Source of the DNA: Octopus vulgaris
Lineage: Eukaryota
Length of the DNA stretch: 64,000 nucleotides
Assembly (NCBI GenBank): GCA_951406725.2
Contig: OX597817.1
Coordinates: forward strand, 10,106,001 to 10,170,000
Reading direction: 5' to 3'
Under the pieces are notes generated by a model that was not told where the DNA came from, made no database searches, and saw only the letters and a program-made list of their open reading frames with translations. Shown here piece after piece: positions 27,066 through 39,857 of this stretch. The position numbers and the translations under genes are program-made. Positions within the stretch are counted from its first letter, which is position 1, and the number at the start of each line of letters is the position of its first letter.

Positions 27066-27226
27066 TATATATGCGTATAGACGTATCTATGGGTATGTAT
27101 GTAAAAACGGTCGGTGAATGTGTAATTATATGCGTATAGGTGGTTCTGTGTAAGCAAACCGACATATATGCTTTCTATAAGTTTAAACAAAGATAAACAG
27201 TTGGATCGATATAGATGTGTATATAC

Positions 27227-27287
<61 letters not shown>

Positions 27288-27876
27288 ACAGAGTGAGAAG
27301 AGAAAGAGAGAGGAGGAGAGGGGGAGAGCGAGATGGATATTGTAGGTTTATTGATATTGATTAATAAATAGACAGTTGTAATACTGGAAAGAACTAAGTT
27401 GCGCAGTCTCATATTCTTTCTTTGTTTCATCAACGTCTGTACTTACATTTGTACTTAGATTGAGGTGGGGGATACATTAACAGATATAGGTGACCATATT
27501 GAAAGAAAGGTTTCAGAAGGTCCTTAAATTAGGTTTCAATTTCATTCAAAAGCAAAGCAGACTATATTTGGCATCTGGAGCACAGTCTAGTAGGAATCTG
27601 TATGAAAACAATGCAGTTTTCTTTATTCTGTAGCTAAATAATCTATAGTATTATTCCAAATATAAACCAAATTCAGAACCGGTTTGTTTTGCGAGTGGGT
27701 GGTTTGCTAAATACAGACTGGCGAGTTTGTTAAACATATACTTTTTGAAAGTAATCGACTGCATCAGGAAAAATATTCTTATTTTATTTATGAGAATTGG
27801 TATTTGAAGGTGGTAGATGTTAAAATTATATATTCACATATCACAAGGACCTTTTTTAAGATCATACATAGCCCTT

Positions 27877-28188
27877 GTGGAGGCGCAATGGCCCAGTGGT
27901 TAGGGCAGCGGACTCGCGGTCGGAGGATCGCGGTTTCGATTCCCAGACCGGGCGTTGTGTGTGTTTATTGAGCGAAAACACCTAAAGCTCCACGAGGCTC
28001 CGGCGGGAGGGGTGAGTGATCCCTGCTGTACTCTTTCGCCACAACTTTCTCTCACTCTTTCTTCTGTTGGCCTGCTCGCTTAGCCAGCGGGGTGGCGTCA
28101 TTCGAAGGCTAAAACAATGCGAAGTGCATTGTAACCAGCGATGTGTAGCAACATCTGATGGTCTGGTTGATCACGTGATCACGTGATC
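27877..28188 (+). mobile_element. Full-length SINE family D (tail type 2)
   Basis: First ~185 bp nearly identical to 15269-15452, then an unrelated tail ending in (gatcacgt)n; TSD acatagcYctt at 27866-27876 and 28189-28199. Confidence 0.9.
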
Positions 28189-28584
28189 ACATAGCTCTTA
28201 TATCCTTAGTGTGATGTTAGTGAGAAGCAATGTAATGCTGAATCTTCTATGTATACCGTTAGTCTATTGTTGGTATCTTTCCCACAGACACATAAAAGCA
28301 ACTCAAAACACCTTAGAAAATATGGAATTAAGTGTTTTACATAGAATCAATTATATGGAGTAAGTTTAAAATGCTGTTTGGGAAGCATACATATACCCTA
28401 TTCACTTGGCATTTTCGTATATATTAAATTTTCTATTGTTTTATATTTATAATGTATTGCCCATTTGGTGTTTGACATGATTTTTTTTTTCGTAAAATTA
28501 ATTAATATGTTTGTATATAAATATGCCAAAAGATAAATAGGCAAAATCAAAACCTTTAAAAGTAAAAGAGAAATAGCTCCGATA

Positions 28585-28715
28585 TTGGTTTCAAATTTTG
28601 AAACAAGGGCAGCAATTTCGTGGGAGTGGATAAGTCAATTAGATCGACCCCGGTACTCAACTGGTACTTATTTTATCGATACCGAGAGAACTAAAGACAA
28701 AGACGACCTCGGTGG
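28585..28715 (-). mobile_element. SINE B 3' fragment
   Basis: atcgaccccggtactcaactggtacttattttatcga. Confidence 0.7.
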
Positions 28716-29668
28716 TATAAGGAATTGCTATTAAGAAGTATTCCTGTTATGGCAAATATTTTCCGTAAAGATATAATTCAATCCTCGTGTGACTCCAGGC
28801 TAAAGTAATTTATATATTTTTGCTTATGTTCCATGCTGATGTTGGCTAATGCTACTATATCTTGCACTTTTATGATTACTCGTTAAATCTACAGTATTGA
28901 ATCGCATCATTTTACTGACTTCTATCATTACTAAGACGGTCTGTCCTTCTTCTACCCCTCTTCTGTCCCTCTTCTGTCCTCGCAATATCCGTTTAGTCCC
29001 TCAGCTCCCACAACCTCTTCTAAATTCATCTTCCAATATTACCCTTTACATCACTCAACATCCATTTGAACCGCTCTCCCTTCCACTACCTCCCTTGAAA
29101 TTCAACAACAACAACAGCAACAACAACAACAACACTAGACTGACTGCAACACGTCTATGAATTGTTGACTCGGCTATAGATCAGCATCGCTTTCTTGGAT
29201 TAAAATATTTAAACATGAAATTGAAACTTCCAAATGAAGTAAGAGCTTTGAGGAGATTAGAGTCATCCAAAGGAAATAGCATCAAATAACAAGATTAAGT
29301 CAAGTCAACCGATGCAGAAAGCAGCATAGTCTACCATTCTTATGGCTCCGCTTATGCTGTACTGTTTCAATTTATTGGCATTACATCTAAATGGTAGTTG
29401 CTAATTAAATTCGTGTTCTGTTCCTTTCACTGAAAATAAAATTTACATAAATTGCTCACATGATGTACTAAAAGAGAACGGAGAAAATTCTCTTCCAGCA
29501 GTATTTAATCATTACCTTTTGGCTCGTACAGTAGAAGCCTACACTACACCTTGGCGTATATGCGTGAGGTCGTTTGTGCGTGTGGGTATATGTTTGTGAA
29601 CATCAGTGCATACATGTCGGTATATATGTGAGTGTCTGTGTGTGTGCGCGTTTGTGTGCGCGTTTGTG

Positions 29669-29827
29669 TACTTATTTCAGTCATTTGACTGTGGCCATGC
29701 TGAAGCACCGCCTTTTCGTCGAGCAAATCGACTCCAGGACTTATTCTTTGCAAGCCTAGTACTTATTCAACCGGTCTCTTGTGCTGAACCGCTAAGTTAC
29801 GGGGACCGTAAACACACACACAGACAT

Positions 29828-29880
<53 letters not shown>

Positions 29881-29881
29881 C

Positions 29882-29928
<47 letters not shown>

Positions 29929-30084
29929 CATACGACGGGCTTCTTTCAGTACCAAATCCACTCACAAGGCTTTGGTTGGCCCGAGGCTATAGTAGAAGAC
30001 ACTTGCCTAAGGTGCCATACAGCAGGACTGAACCCAAAACCATGTGGTTGGTAAGCAAGCTACTTATCACACAGCCATTGCGCC
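29669..30084 (-). mobile_element. SINE family A
   Basis: Complete body with an expanded internal (CA)n/(TA)n. Confidence 0.9.
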
Positions 30085-30369
30085 TTATGTTCCATGAAAA
30101 TATTGGGCAGGAATGTCGCGGAAGGCATTCTCATTGTATGTAGCGTCTAGCAGAACTTAAGCTCTCAAAGACAGACCCAGGAATGGATTATTATATTTAC
30201 TCTTACAACATAGGTGCAGCCATGGATGTGCGGTAATAAGATGCAATTCACAAACATGCTGCCTCTGGTTCGATTCATCTGCATGAGTTAATGGGCAAGT
30301 GTCTTTTAATCTAATCTCGGGACCAATAATACCTTGTAATAAAACTATTAGCCGAAAACTATAAATATA

Positions 30370-30453
30370 TATATGTGTGTGTGTGTGTGTGAATGTATGT
30401 ATATATATATGTGTGTATGTGTGTGTACAAATACAAACTCATACTTCATAAAT

Positions 30454-30535
<82 letters not shown>

Positions 30536-30613
30536 TATATGCATATATGTGTTCATATACGTATACATATTCATACATTCGTATGTGCATGCGTGTATGT
30601 GTGTGAATGTATG

Positions 30614-30644
<31 letters not shown>

Positions 30645-30955
30645 ATACATATACAAACTCATGCATTCATAAATACACATAAACATATATTATATGCATA
30701 TATGTTCATATACATATACATATACATATTCATACATTCGTATGTGCGTGCGTGTATGTGTGTGTGTGAATGTATGTATGTATGTATGTGTGTGTGTGTG
30801 TGTATACATATACAAACTCATGCAGTCATAAATACACATATACATATATATTATATGCATATATGTGTTCATATACGTATACATATTCATACATTCGTGT
30901 GTATGTGCATGCGTGCCTGTATGTGTGTGTGTGTGTGTGTGTGTACATGTATGTA
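30370..30955. repeat. About three tandem copies of a ~165-bp microsatellite-derived unit
   Basis: atacaaactcat...cataaatacaca...tattatatgcatatatgt...catattcatacattcgt recurs three times. Confidence 0.8.
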
Positions 30956-31680
30956 TTGTACTTATTGACATGCTTCTGAATGCATTAGTCTTTGTATTGT
31001 TTCCAATAGACTACATTTCAAAGGCGGTTGCTCATATAAAGGTTCCACCATAAAATCGCCTTCCACCATTTTAGTCTTTCTTTCAATACACTCAGCTGCT
31101 TTTGTTGACGTAATGCATATCAGTTGTTTTAGGATTTTCATTGTTGATAATGATGTAAGATTCTTTACAGCATAATACAAATTACAACTCACAACTTATG
31201 GACACATTTCGCCAAGTCGTAAATTGTTACTAACCACTATGAAGCTGTTAGTTTTTAAAGCTTTTCCAAGAAAACAGATACAATAAAGGGAATTTATCTT
31301 TGTAATCGAATGATCCCCTATGGCCTAGCAGCTATTTTATATTTCTGGGTTAAATGAATTTGCGGCCATAAAGAACTTCTACCTGATAATTGAACTGTCA
31401 AATCAGCCCTACTGTTTTGAATAAATAAAGACATTGTTGTGTGGACGCCCCCAGACGATGAAGTAGGCTAGCCCAATACGTAGATAGATATAGAGGGAAA
31501 AGCCCTGACGTCACGAGCAGAGAAGAATAGAGTTATGTTGAGTAGAGGTCATCTGAACGAGCGCAATATAACAGATATATAAATTTAGTCTCAGTTATAG
31601 TATTCATCGAAAGTAAAATGGTACGCCATTGATTATAGATCTATCAAACTGAACTGAGGCTAAACAACAATAAGAAATTT

Positions 31681-32107
31681 GGATCTTTTCGGTTTGAACG
31701 GCAGTTTTTAACATAATTTCTTGGTAACTAAAAAATTTTAAACTTTGTATACTGGTAGAATGTGTTTATAAAACATCTTTTTCTCTTGGCTTTATTGAGA
31801 AAATTTTATAGTTTGTAAGATATTTGTTTTTTTTTTCTTCAATTTCTGCAATTTCAACCATTCAGTGACGCCTATTGCGTTGAAAAGCATTCTGTGCCGT
31901 ATGAATATGCCCCTCGTTTAAGAAACAGATTGGGTTTATTTACATTTGTGAAGAATTAAAGACACCCTTCCCCCTACCCCTAACCCTAACCAACCCAAAC
32001 CCTTAAAAGAGATTGAAATGCAATAGATCGATTCTAGGGTCATAGTTATGGGTGACAATTTCCTATGACACCGCTAGGAAAAACTGCCGTTCAAACCGAA
32101 AAGATCC
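31681..32107. mobile_element. Non-autonomous DNA transposon (MITE), superfamily unassigned
   Basis: Perfect 29-bp TIR ggatcttttcggtttgaacggcagttttt / aaaaactgccgttcaaaccgaaaagatcc; internal CCCTAA-like tract. Confidence 0.9.
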
Positions 32108-33079
32108 GAAATATTTTCAGTATAACTCAGTCAGGAAACCTCTGTCTACTCTCTTTACTTACTAGGATTAAGGGCCTAATCTCATTCATACAGTAATTAA
32201 AGAAATGATAATGTGGCCCTAGATACACAATTTGGGAAAAATGAAAAAAGAGAGGATGTTCAGAGATGGAATTGCTTTTCATTTTGGATTAAACTACAAC
32301 CATTCCATTACCATTCTATTTGGGTTTCAATAAAATCGGTCAAATATTCCGTCGATCGAATGTTGAATATAAATAGTTAAAGCAAAAACAAAACCCAAAA
32401 AAGATTCACAGAAATAAATTCACAATTGCGGCTTGGGAAAGAATCGTGAAAAAAATGTCGTAAACAGAAAAGTAATTAAGTAATTTATTTAAAGTAGTTT
32501 ACTAATTGATAATACTAATTGAAACTTGTACACAATGTCAGTACAGTTTATTTAATGACATTATGTGTGTGAAAGAGGAAATCACATTTTAATTAATATC
32601 CGAAATAATGCATTCACTCATTCATGTAGCAAAGTTTTTCTCGGGGTATCCCTGCGATTTTGGTCTCATGACCTTTTTTCTACTTGAATTTTGTCCCATA
32701 TTTGTTCTAATCATACTATACACAGCCACTTGTTTGGTGGCTTTTTATTATTTTCGACACTATGATAATAGATAACTTCCAAAAATTTCTACCCTGGCGT
32801 TGCCTCCGAGGACGTGCAGGACATTACCAGTTCAAAGTAAACTGCACAGATACAAAACTACCGTCAACTTCGAGGACTCGCGCTGAAACTCGTGTTGCAC
32901 GCATTCATTCCATATACGAATATTGCTGGCCAGTGATGCTTATCGAACGGATACAGTCACGAGTAAAATGAATGTAGTTTATCAGCCGTGTCCATGCTAA
33001 AAGTAAAATTATTATTATGATTGTTATTGTTGTTATTGTCGTTGTTGTTGTTATTGATGTTGTTTCTGCTGCTGCTGCC

Positions 33080-33110
<31 letters not shown>

Positions 33111-34012
33111 ATGCTGTCGTTGCCGTGGACTAGGAGAATTGTAAGATCGTCAGAAAAATAATCTGCAATACTTCTTCCAACGTCTTTCGTTCTGAGTTCG
33201 AAGACAGAAATGAGAACCTTTGAATTCTTAAAGATATGTCTACCTCTTCTGACGTTAATACCGGCCGGGATAAAACCGAGAAACTATCAGGGTAGGTAAA
33301 AAAACAACGAAGAAAATCATAAAAACCGTATTAGGGCTTACAACAAAGTCAGAAATGTAGTCCTGTTAAACACAACCTACTTCTTATCCAAGACTCTTTC
33401 CATTTGACAACATAATTTATACTACTAAACAGATTATGGACAAACTTCAACCTTAGTAGAGCCCAAACAATACTTTTTTCTACTCAACCATCACTCAATA
33501 AAATAAGAACATAACCCATACTCTTAAATAAAGAACATCCGACAATAACATGAGTCCTTCGTCGGTTTTATCATTAGAGTGTTCAATTAACTGAACTACA
33601 TTCTCATAAATCTATAAGTAGTAAAGTATTGCATACACATGTAATTTTCTAGCTGAATCAGCGAGTAGAATACATGATAAGGGTGGAAATACAGGTTGCA
33701 ATATATCCGCTCGGCTCCGACGGGTTTTTTAACGCAATGCTTGGGTTTCAATTGAGGGTAGGGCAAAAGACATTTTCCGATGCAACGTAAATTGAACCCC
33801 ATGCCTGATGTTGCTTATTCCTGCGCCAACCCACAACAGACGCACCAACAGCAGCCGTTCAAGAATTTAGACCTGGAGATCTCCATTTCCAGCGACTTCG
33901 AGGGCCACCTCCCAGTGGTGTCGGGCGTCAACGAAGAGCCCTCGACTACAACAAGACGACCAAAGTTTTTTGTTTTCCAAGGTCTGGGGTCTCCCGTCCC
34001 TAAGCCCTAGAC

Positions 34013-34209
34013 CAGTGCTTTTCTACCTTTTTGCTGGAGCAGAACCCCAAGGAAACATTCCACTGGCTCGAGGAACCCCTGTGCAATAATTTGTCTTATG
34101 CACATATATCTGCACAGGAGAATTAAAAATTACTGTCGATTTTAGCATTTTTGTAACTTCTTGCGGAACCCCTGGACTGTACTGGCGGAACCCTGGTTGA
34201 AAACCACTG
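34013..34209. mobile_element. hAT-type (Charlie-like) MITE
   Basis: TIR cagtgcttttctacc / ggttgaaaaccactg; perfect 8-bp TSD CCCTAGAC. Confidence 0.92.
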
Positions 34210-34656
34210 CCCTAGACTTATCACCCTTGCTCGTCTTGTTGCTTAACAACAATAACAACAGCACCAACAGCAAATCACACAACTCATATTAACATAATGT
34301 AATCAACACAGCACGAACTCTCACAATAACCACCCAACACTATATCATTTAACGCACCTTGCAAAATACACAGGATACACAATCCCTACCTAGCGAAATA
34401 GCAATTTTTCGGTAATATCGCTGCTTACATCCGTTAACTGTCGTTGATTCTGAAGTATCTATTTACCAATACATGTTCTGTGTCGTACGGCAGCTAAGTC
34501 TCTTGGCTACGGATGCAACTCAACTATCTACTAAGCCATCTGTGATCTCTAACAAATACATAGGCCTATTAAAAAAACAATAGAAACCATTTTTAAACAT
34601 CATTTTAATCTTATTATCTTTACGATCTGATCTAGAAAAACACAAAAATAAGTATA

Positions 34657-34962
34657 TTATAGATATATAAAAGTGAGGTTGTGTGCTGTCTGTCTCCTAC
34701 GATTTAGATTCCTAACTACTCCCACATTTTGCGGTGCAGTGTAACCAAAAGCGGATATCTTATAGTCGTGATTCATATCGAGCCCTTCTGGGTATTAGCG
34801 CGCGTCTACGATGAAGTCTACGATTTAAAAAAAAATTTACCATCATTTTTTCCCATTTTTAATGCATTTTGTTTTGCTATTATATAAGGGAAGTAACTCT
34901 CTAAAAATGCTTACATAGTTATTTCCCTTACAAACCCGAGCAACGCCGGGCGATACTGCTAG
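34657..34962 (+). mobile_element. Non-autonomous Helitron
   Basis: 3' hairpin cccgagcaacgccggg followed by CTAG|T; 5' tatataaaa...tgtctgtc; last ~70 bp shared with 60711-60780. Confidence 0.75.
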
Positions 34963-35487
34963 TTATAGATATGGCTGTAACATTAACTAAGTCGCTCTCT
35001 TATCTGGCTGCACTATTCTACTATAAATCCTCAAGAATATATTGCTACAAGGTATCAATTAAGTCAATCCCGTCCTTTGCAACTATGATCACCACGTTAA
35101 CTTTCCAGTATGTTAAAACAAGCAAATTAAACAGCGAAGAATAGTATTTTAGTGCTCTTTTAAGTAGCGGCGTTACTGTATACACACAAAAAAAATACAA
35201 TGTCTATTTAGCGTCCTTTGCTCTTAAAGGGATAACATGTCTAAAATGAGTTGATTTTTATATTTGACATCGTGCCAAAAATTTTGTGGTGAGGGAACAA
35301 ATTAATTACATTGACACCCAGTACTTTGCCGGTTCTCTGTATGATTTCGAACTTACAATATGAAAGAGCGTAAGTAAATTATCACAAATCGTCTGCCGCT
35401 CTGCTGATTAGGTCTCTCAAGGAAAAAAATCCACTTCATCATTATCAATGAGAGGCCATTATGATTCCATTTAGAAACAATACATTG

Positions 35488-35937
35488 ACAGTAAGCATAA
35501 TTAAATCTCAGAATGAGATTGAAACAGTAATCGCTCGATAATGTAAAGTATAGAAGCCATCTTATCATGGCTAACCACATTGAGGAGGGGGTTGTTACTG
35601 TAGCTTTATAGCCCCAAGAGATCTTCGTCTCTAGCTGGCTTTAGACACAATATCTGTGTCCTTGGAGTATTTGCAAAGGGAGGCCATCCCTTTCTCGCAA
35701 GCCTGAGTGATACGCACGAACTAGTTTCGGGATGGTTGTCCCTCGTCAACGGGCGGTAACCACCAGGTAGCGATGAAAGTGAAGGCTCCTTTGCAAATAG
35801 ATATAAGTTTTTCTAATGGTGTCTGCCACTGATGTCGAAAAACGAACAGTAAGCATAATTAAATCTCAGAATGAGATTGAAACAGTAATCGCTCGATAAT
35901 GTAAAGTATAGAAGCCATCTTATCATGGCTAACCACA
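35488..35937 (-). mobile_element. Retrozyme-like unit: 358-nt period with identical 92-bp terminal direct repeats and an internal hammerhead
   Basis: 35488-35579 is identical to 35846-35937; hammerhead motif at 35713-35755. Confidence 0.7.
35713..35755 (-). ncRNA. Minimal hammerhead ribozyme variant (U at core position 3)
   Basis: cgcccg-TTGACGA-ggga caacca tccc-GAAA-ctag-TT-cgtgcg; palindromic stem III. Confidence 0.65.
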
Positions 35938-38900
35938 AGCGTACAATGTTAAGTCTTCTTTCTAAATCTAATGAAATGCGCCAATTCTTTTTCGCACAGG
36001 ATTACCTTGATTGTATAGTCATCACTGTATTCTACTGAGCTCAGGGAACAGGCACAGTCTCAGAACGCTTATCGCAAATACCGGAAGCCGTAGTTCATGT
36101 GTTCCACTACCTTTCATCCATAAACTCTACCACTTCACTGAACTACTTTCAATTCCCTTCTTTCGACCCTCACTTTGTTCTTGTCTTTCCCAATCTCTCC
36201 CCTTTCTTTCAGAGGAAGCAAAGTTTAATGTGACATTTTGGTTAGAATCTCCTTTCGCTGTAGTATACATCCTGGTGCTTTTAAATGTCCCCGCTCTCTA
36301 TGTCATATGTTACTCTACACCCGTAACCAACCTCAAGTAAGGTTCCAAGTGGTAGACTTTACTGCATGCATTTGTACCAACCAAAAACCATATTGTATCA
36401 CCTGTACGTCCTGCAAAGCTCTACACTTTGGTTAAAACAGCCGTTGTTTATGTGATTGAATCCATGAGCATCGTCCAAATATTCGAAACAACATGTAATC
36501 ACTCTCCAAAACAGTAACTCGAAAGTTCAATTCAAGCTACTTCGTGGATCATCTCCATGCATTAAATTAGCTTACACCACAGTTTGACATACACCCGCAA
36601 AAACAAGGAAAATTACCTTATTTTCTTTTTTTACTCCACCTCGCCCGTATTAACTTCTCTAGTTCTTCGTTGTCCTCAGCTGCCTATTTTTCCTCCCGTA
36701 GCCACACAGTAGCAGCAACAAATTTATGCCTATCCTAATCTCTATAAAACAATGCGTATATGCGTATGTATGTGTTTATATATGCATATGTGCGTGTGTA
36801 GGTGCGCGCATTTTTATGCGTATTTGTGAGCATAAGAACAATGAACGATGTGATTTCATCGTCAGCTATGAATAAACTGTAAAGTAACAGCCCCCCCCCC
36901 TTGCAAATTACTATAGTTGCAAAGGTTATACATCGTTAGAGCAATCCCAGGTAGCATGCAAGTAACCTTGTTGTCACTTTATTGACTGTAAATAGCCTGG
37001 TGGGATGTGTACAGTCAACAAGTTGTCATGTAAGCATCTCTTCCTTGATGACTGCTGACAGATGAACACTGGTGACAATCCCGCAGCTACTATTTGAAAG
37101 ATAAGTCGATTATTTTCACAGTGATGGCAACTGTCACTCCGCAGTTATAGCTAGCCACATATAGGGATCAACATATCGTTTGCTGAGGGCGGGGTGAAGA
37201 ACACCATAGGTTCTCTAACCAGTGCCAAGCCCCTCGATCTGACATCATTTCAACCATGACTACAAGGCTGGAGATACTAGCCTTGTTTCAAAGCTCACTG
37301 GTTTCCATTCACTTTAACAGACGGTGGTTATCCCAGCGATCGGTGATGCAACAATTACTAGGCTTGTCTCTGCTCCCAGTTGTTAGAATGATCCTCACCT
37401 GAGTAACGTTCAACTAGTTACCATCACAACTTTGCCTGAGCGCTAATACGACATTAGAGAACCCAAGACAGTCGACATGGTATTTGGAGTATGCCAGCTT
37501 TAGGATAAAAATATTCTGAACAATAACATGATCTCTACACCACTTTTATCAACTTTAGGAAAGAATTTAACTCTCATTCGTAAAGGCCTCTGCAGAATCA
37601 TTGCCAAGTTTAGTGCTTTTTTGGTACCGTGATTCTATGATGGCATGTTTGTCAGTGTCATTAATGAAGGATAACCGACAATGGCATTCAAGTCATAGCC
37701 AGTTTTACTCAGGGTCGTGTGGTAGCACTTCTGCTTTTTAAAAAATTTTAAATACTGTAGAACACACGGCTCTTAAACCTGAAGAGACTTCCAAGGATAT
37801 GTCACATAGGATCAATTAGAGAAGGTGTTCACCATGGAGAAGATCAGTCACTATTTAGAAAACAATAATGAATTCACAAATAGAGAATTTTATAAAATAA
37901 TACAGGTAATAAATATAATTGTGTATGTGCATGTAATAGCAAATTGTGGAATATGCATTTCAACGAAAACAGCCGATCGTATTCAGTCAGTCTTGAGATG
38001 CTTGGTGATACTGCAATATTTTTTATGCAAATTACCAGGCGTTCGATCTGGCTACCAACTCTTATGTTTATTTATTTGTGCTTGTGTGTGTATTTAGGTA
38101 TACATATAAATGGATTTTATGTATTTTTTTCTAACTTTAACCTTAACACCATTCTCTATTTTTCAAATCTACCCGTATTCCAGCTGACTTTACTGATGTC
38201 CTCTTACAAAAATCCTTTCCTCTTTTCCCTACTTCTCTCATTTCCAGTTGATATTTTCCCTCATTCTCACTAGTCCCAGTTTATTCAGTATTACAAGTAA
38301 ATATTTCTTCTCCTTTCGACAAGAGGTCTTGTCCATAATGTTAGATTTCTGATCTTCGTCACTCTCACATCAAAATAATTCATTCCACTTTGTGAACGTT
38401 TGATACTTCCTATTTGTTGATGCAGACTGTTATTATTTTCTTCGGATTCTACTTATCATTAAAGATTCTTATCATTAAAGATTCTTTCAAACCGACTTCG
38501 AAAACGATAACTAACAGTTGTCAAGATGACAGAAACCTAACACAGGAAGAGCAGATTTAATAAGTATTGAAAGAACAACGAATAAAAGACAGCATGCTGA
38601 TATAATGGGAAGATATCTCATGAAACTATGAAAAACAATGGAGAGAATTAAAGAAACAGTTATCTATTCATTAATGACTTCCTGACATGAAATTTCTAAT
38701 GTATTTAGTTTCTTCGGAAACTCTCCGTTACCTACTCTTGACTTACGAAATTTAAGGATTAAAAATATCTATTTCTCTTCGTTAATTTTTGTCATTGATT
38801 TTTTTTTACAACTGAGCATAAATCCAGTTTTTCTTTGTAAAATTGTATTGTATTATTGAATCGATTCCTGTATCGTATTGGCTGCTGTCTATCGATCAGT

Positions 38901-39716
38901 GAAGAATGTGAAAACGAAGTTGAACTTGGCTAGATTAGAGCTCGGAACCAAAATGACTGAAAACTATGATGCATTTAGCTTAACGTTCACCTGCCCGGCT
39001 GTTCTCGATCATTAAATTGTTTCGTATTATATTATGCTGACTGAAAATTTAATGTCGATTGAAATGAATGGATAGGAATAGTTTTTTTTATATTTTTTTA
39101 ATTTTAATTCCTCAAGCATCTAGGTCGAGTTAGATTCTAAAACATTGGACTAGAGATATAGAAATAAAAGTAAAAGTAAAAATAAAGAAAAAAAACCTAT
39201 AAAGCAAACCAATTGTAAACAAAGGAAGTTATACAGTAGCAGAGTGAAATATGTCAGCTGCTGGTGAATGTATATTTACTTAACAGATTAGGATCCTATT
39301 GATGTTATGAAAACAGCGGGCGACGATGGAATTGATCCCACGAGCTTTCTGGATCTTTGGTGATAGTCAAATGTCTAACTTCCATATTCTTGTCGAAGGA
39401 AATCACAAATAATCACGCCAAGGATTAAGTTGAGTTTAGAAGCAATGCAGATATGGTCTAAAAGCAACATGACGTGAGTCCAATCTATGTTTAAAAACAA
39501 GTTTTGACGTTTTTTTTTGTTGTTTTTTTTCTAATCGAAATTTTAATGTGATCAATCGCTAAGTAACAGCGATTAAATAGAATGGTTGTAATCCAGTGGA
39601 AATTAGAAATTATGATCAACATCTTTTTTACGTGAATAGATATCCTGCTGAGCAGATAGAAAAAAGAGGGTATGTTTTTGGTGAGTTGTCCATTTTTAAG
39701 TCAAAGCCTACATATA

Positions 39717-39857
39717 TAAGGTTGTCCCAAAAGTTCGTAGAAAGTCTTGGAAAATAATGGTCTTTATTTTGAGGAATAATTTTTGTTGTTTTTGTTAGTA
39801 CTTGGCGAGTAAAAATTCAATTTTCGCAAGTGTTTACGAACTTTTGGAACAACCTAA
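39717..39857. mobile_element. Mariner-derived MITE
   Basis: TIR taaggttgtcccaaaagttcgta / tacgaacttttggaacaacctaa with TA flanks. Confidence 0.8.

Noticed and set aside
27877-27960. tRNA gene (also 15269-15350 and other SINE heads)
   Set aside because: A and B boxes are present but the acceptor stem is poor, and the sequence continues into a SINE body with a TSD
31435-31669. Solo LTR with TGTTGT...ACAACA ends
   Set aside because: No TSD, and the right end is explained by the tail of repeat family F
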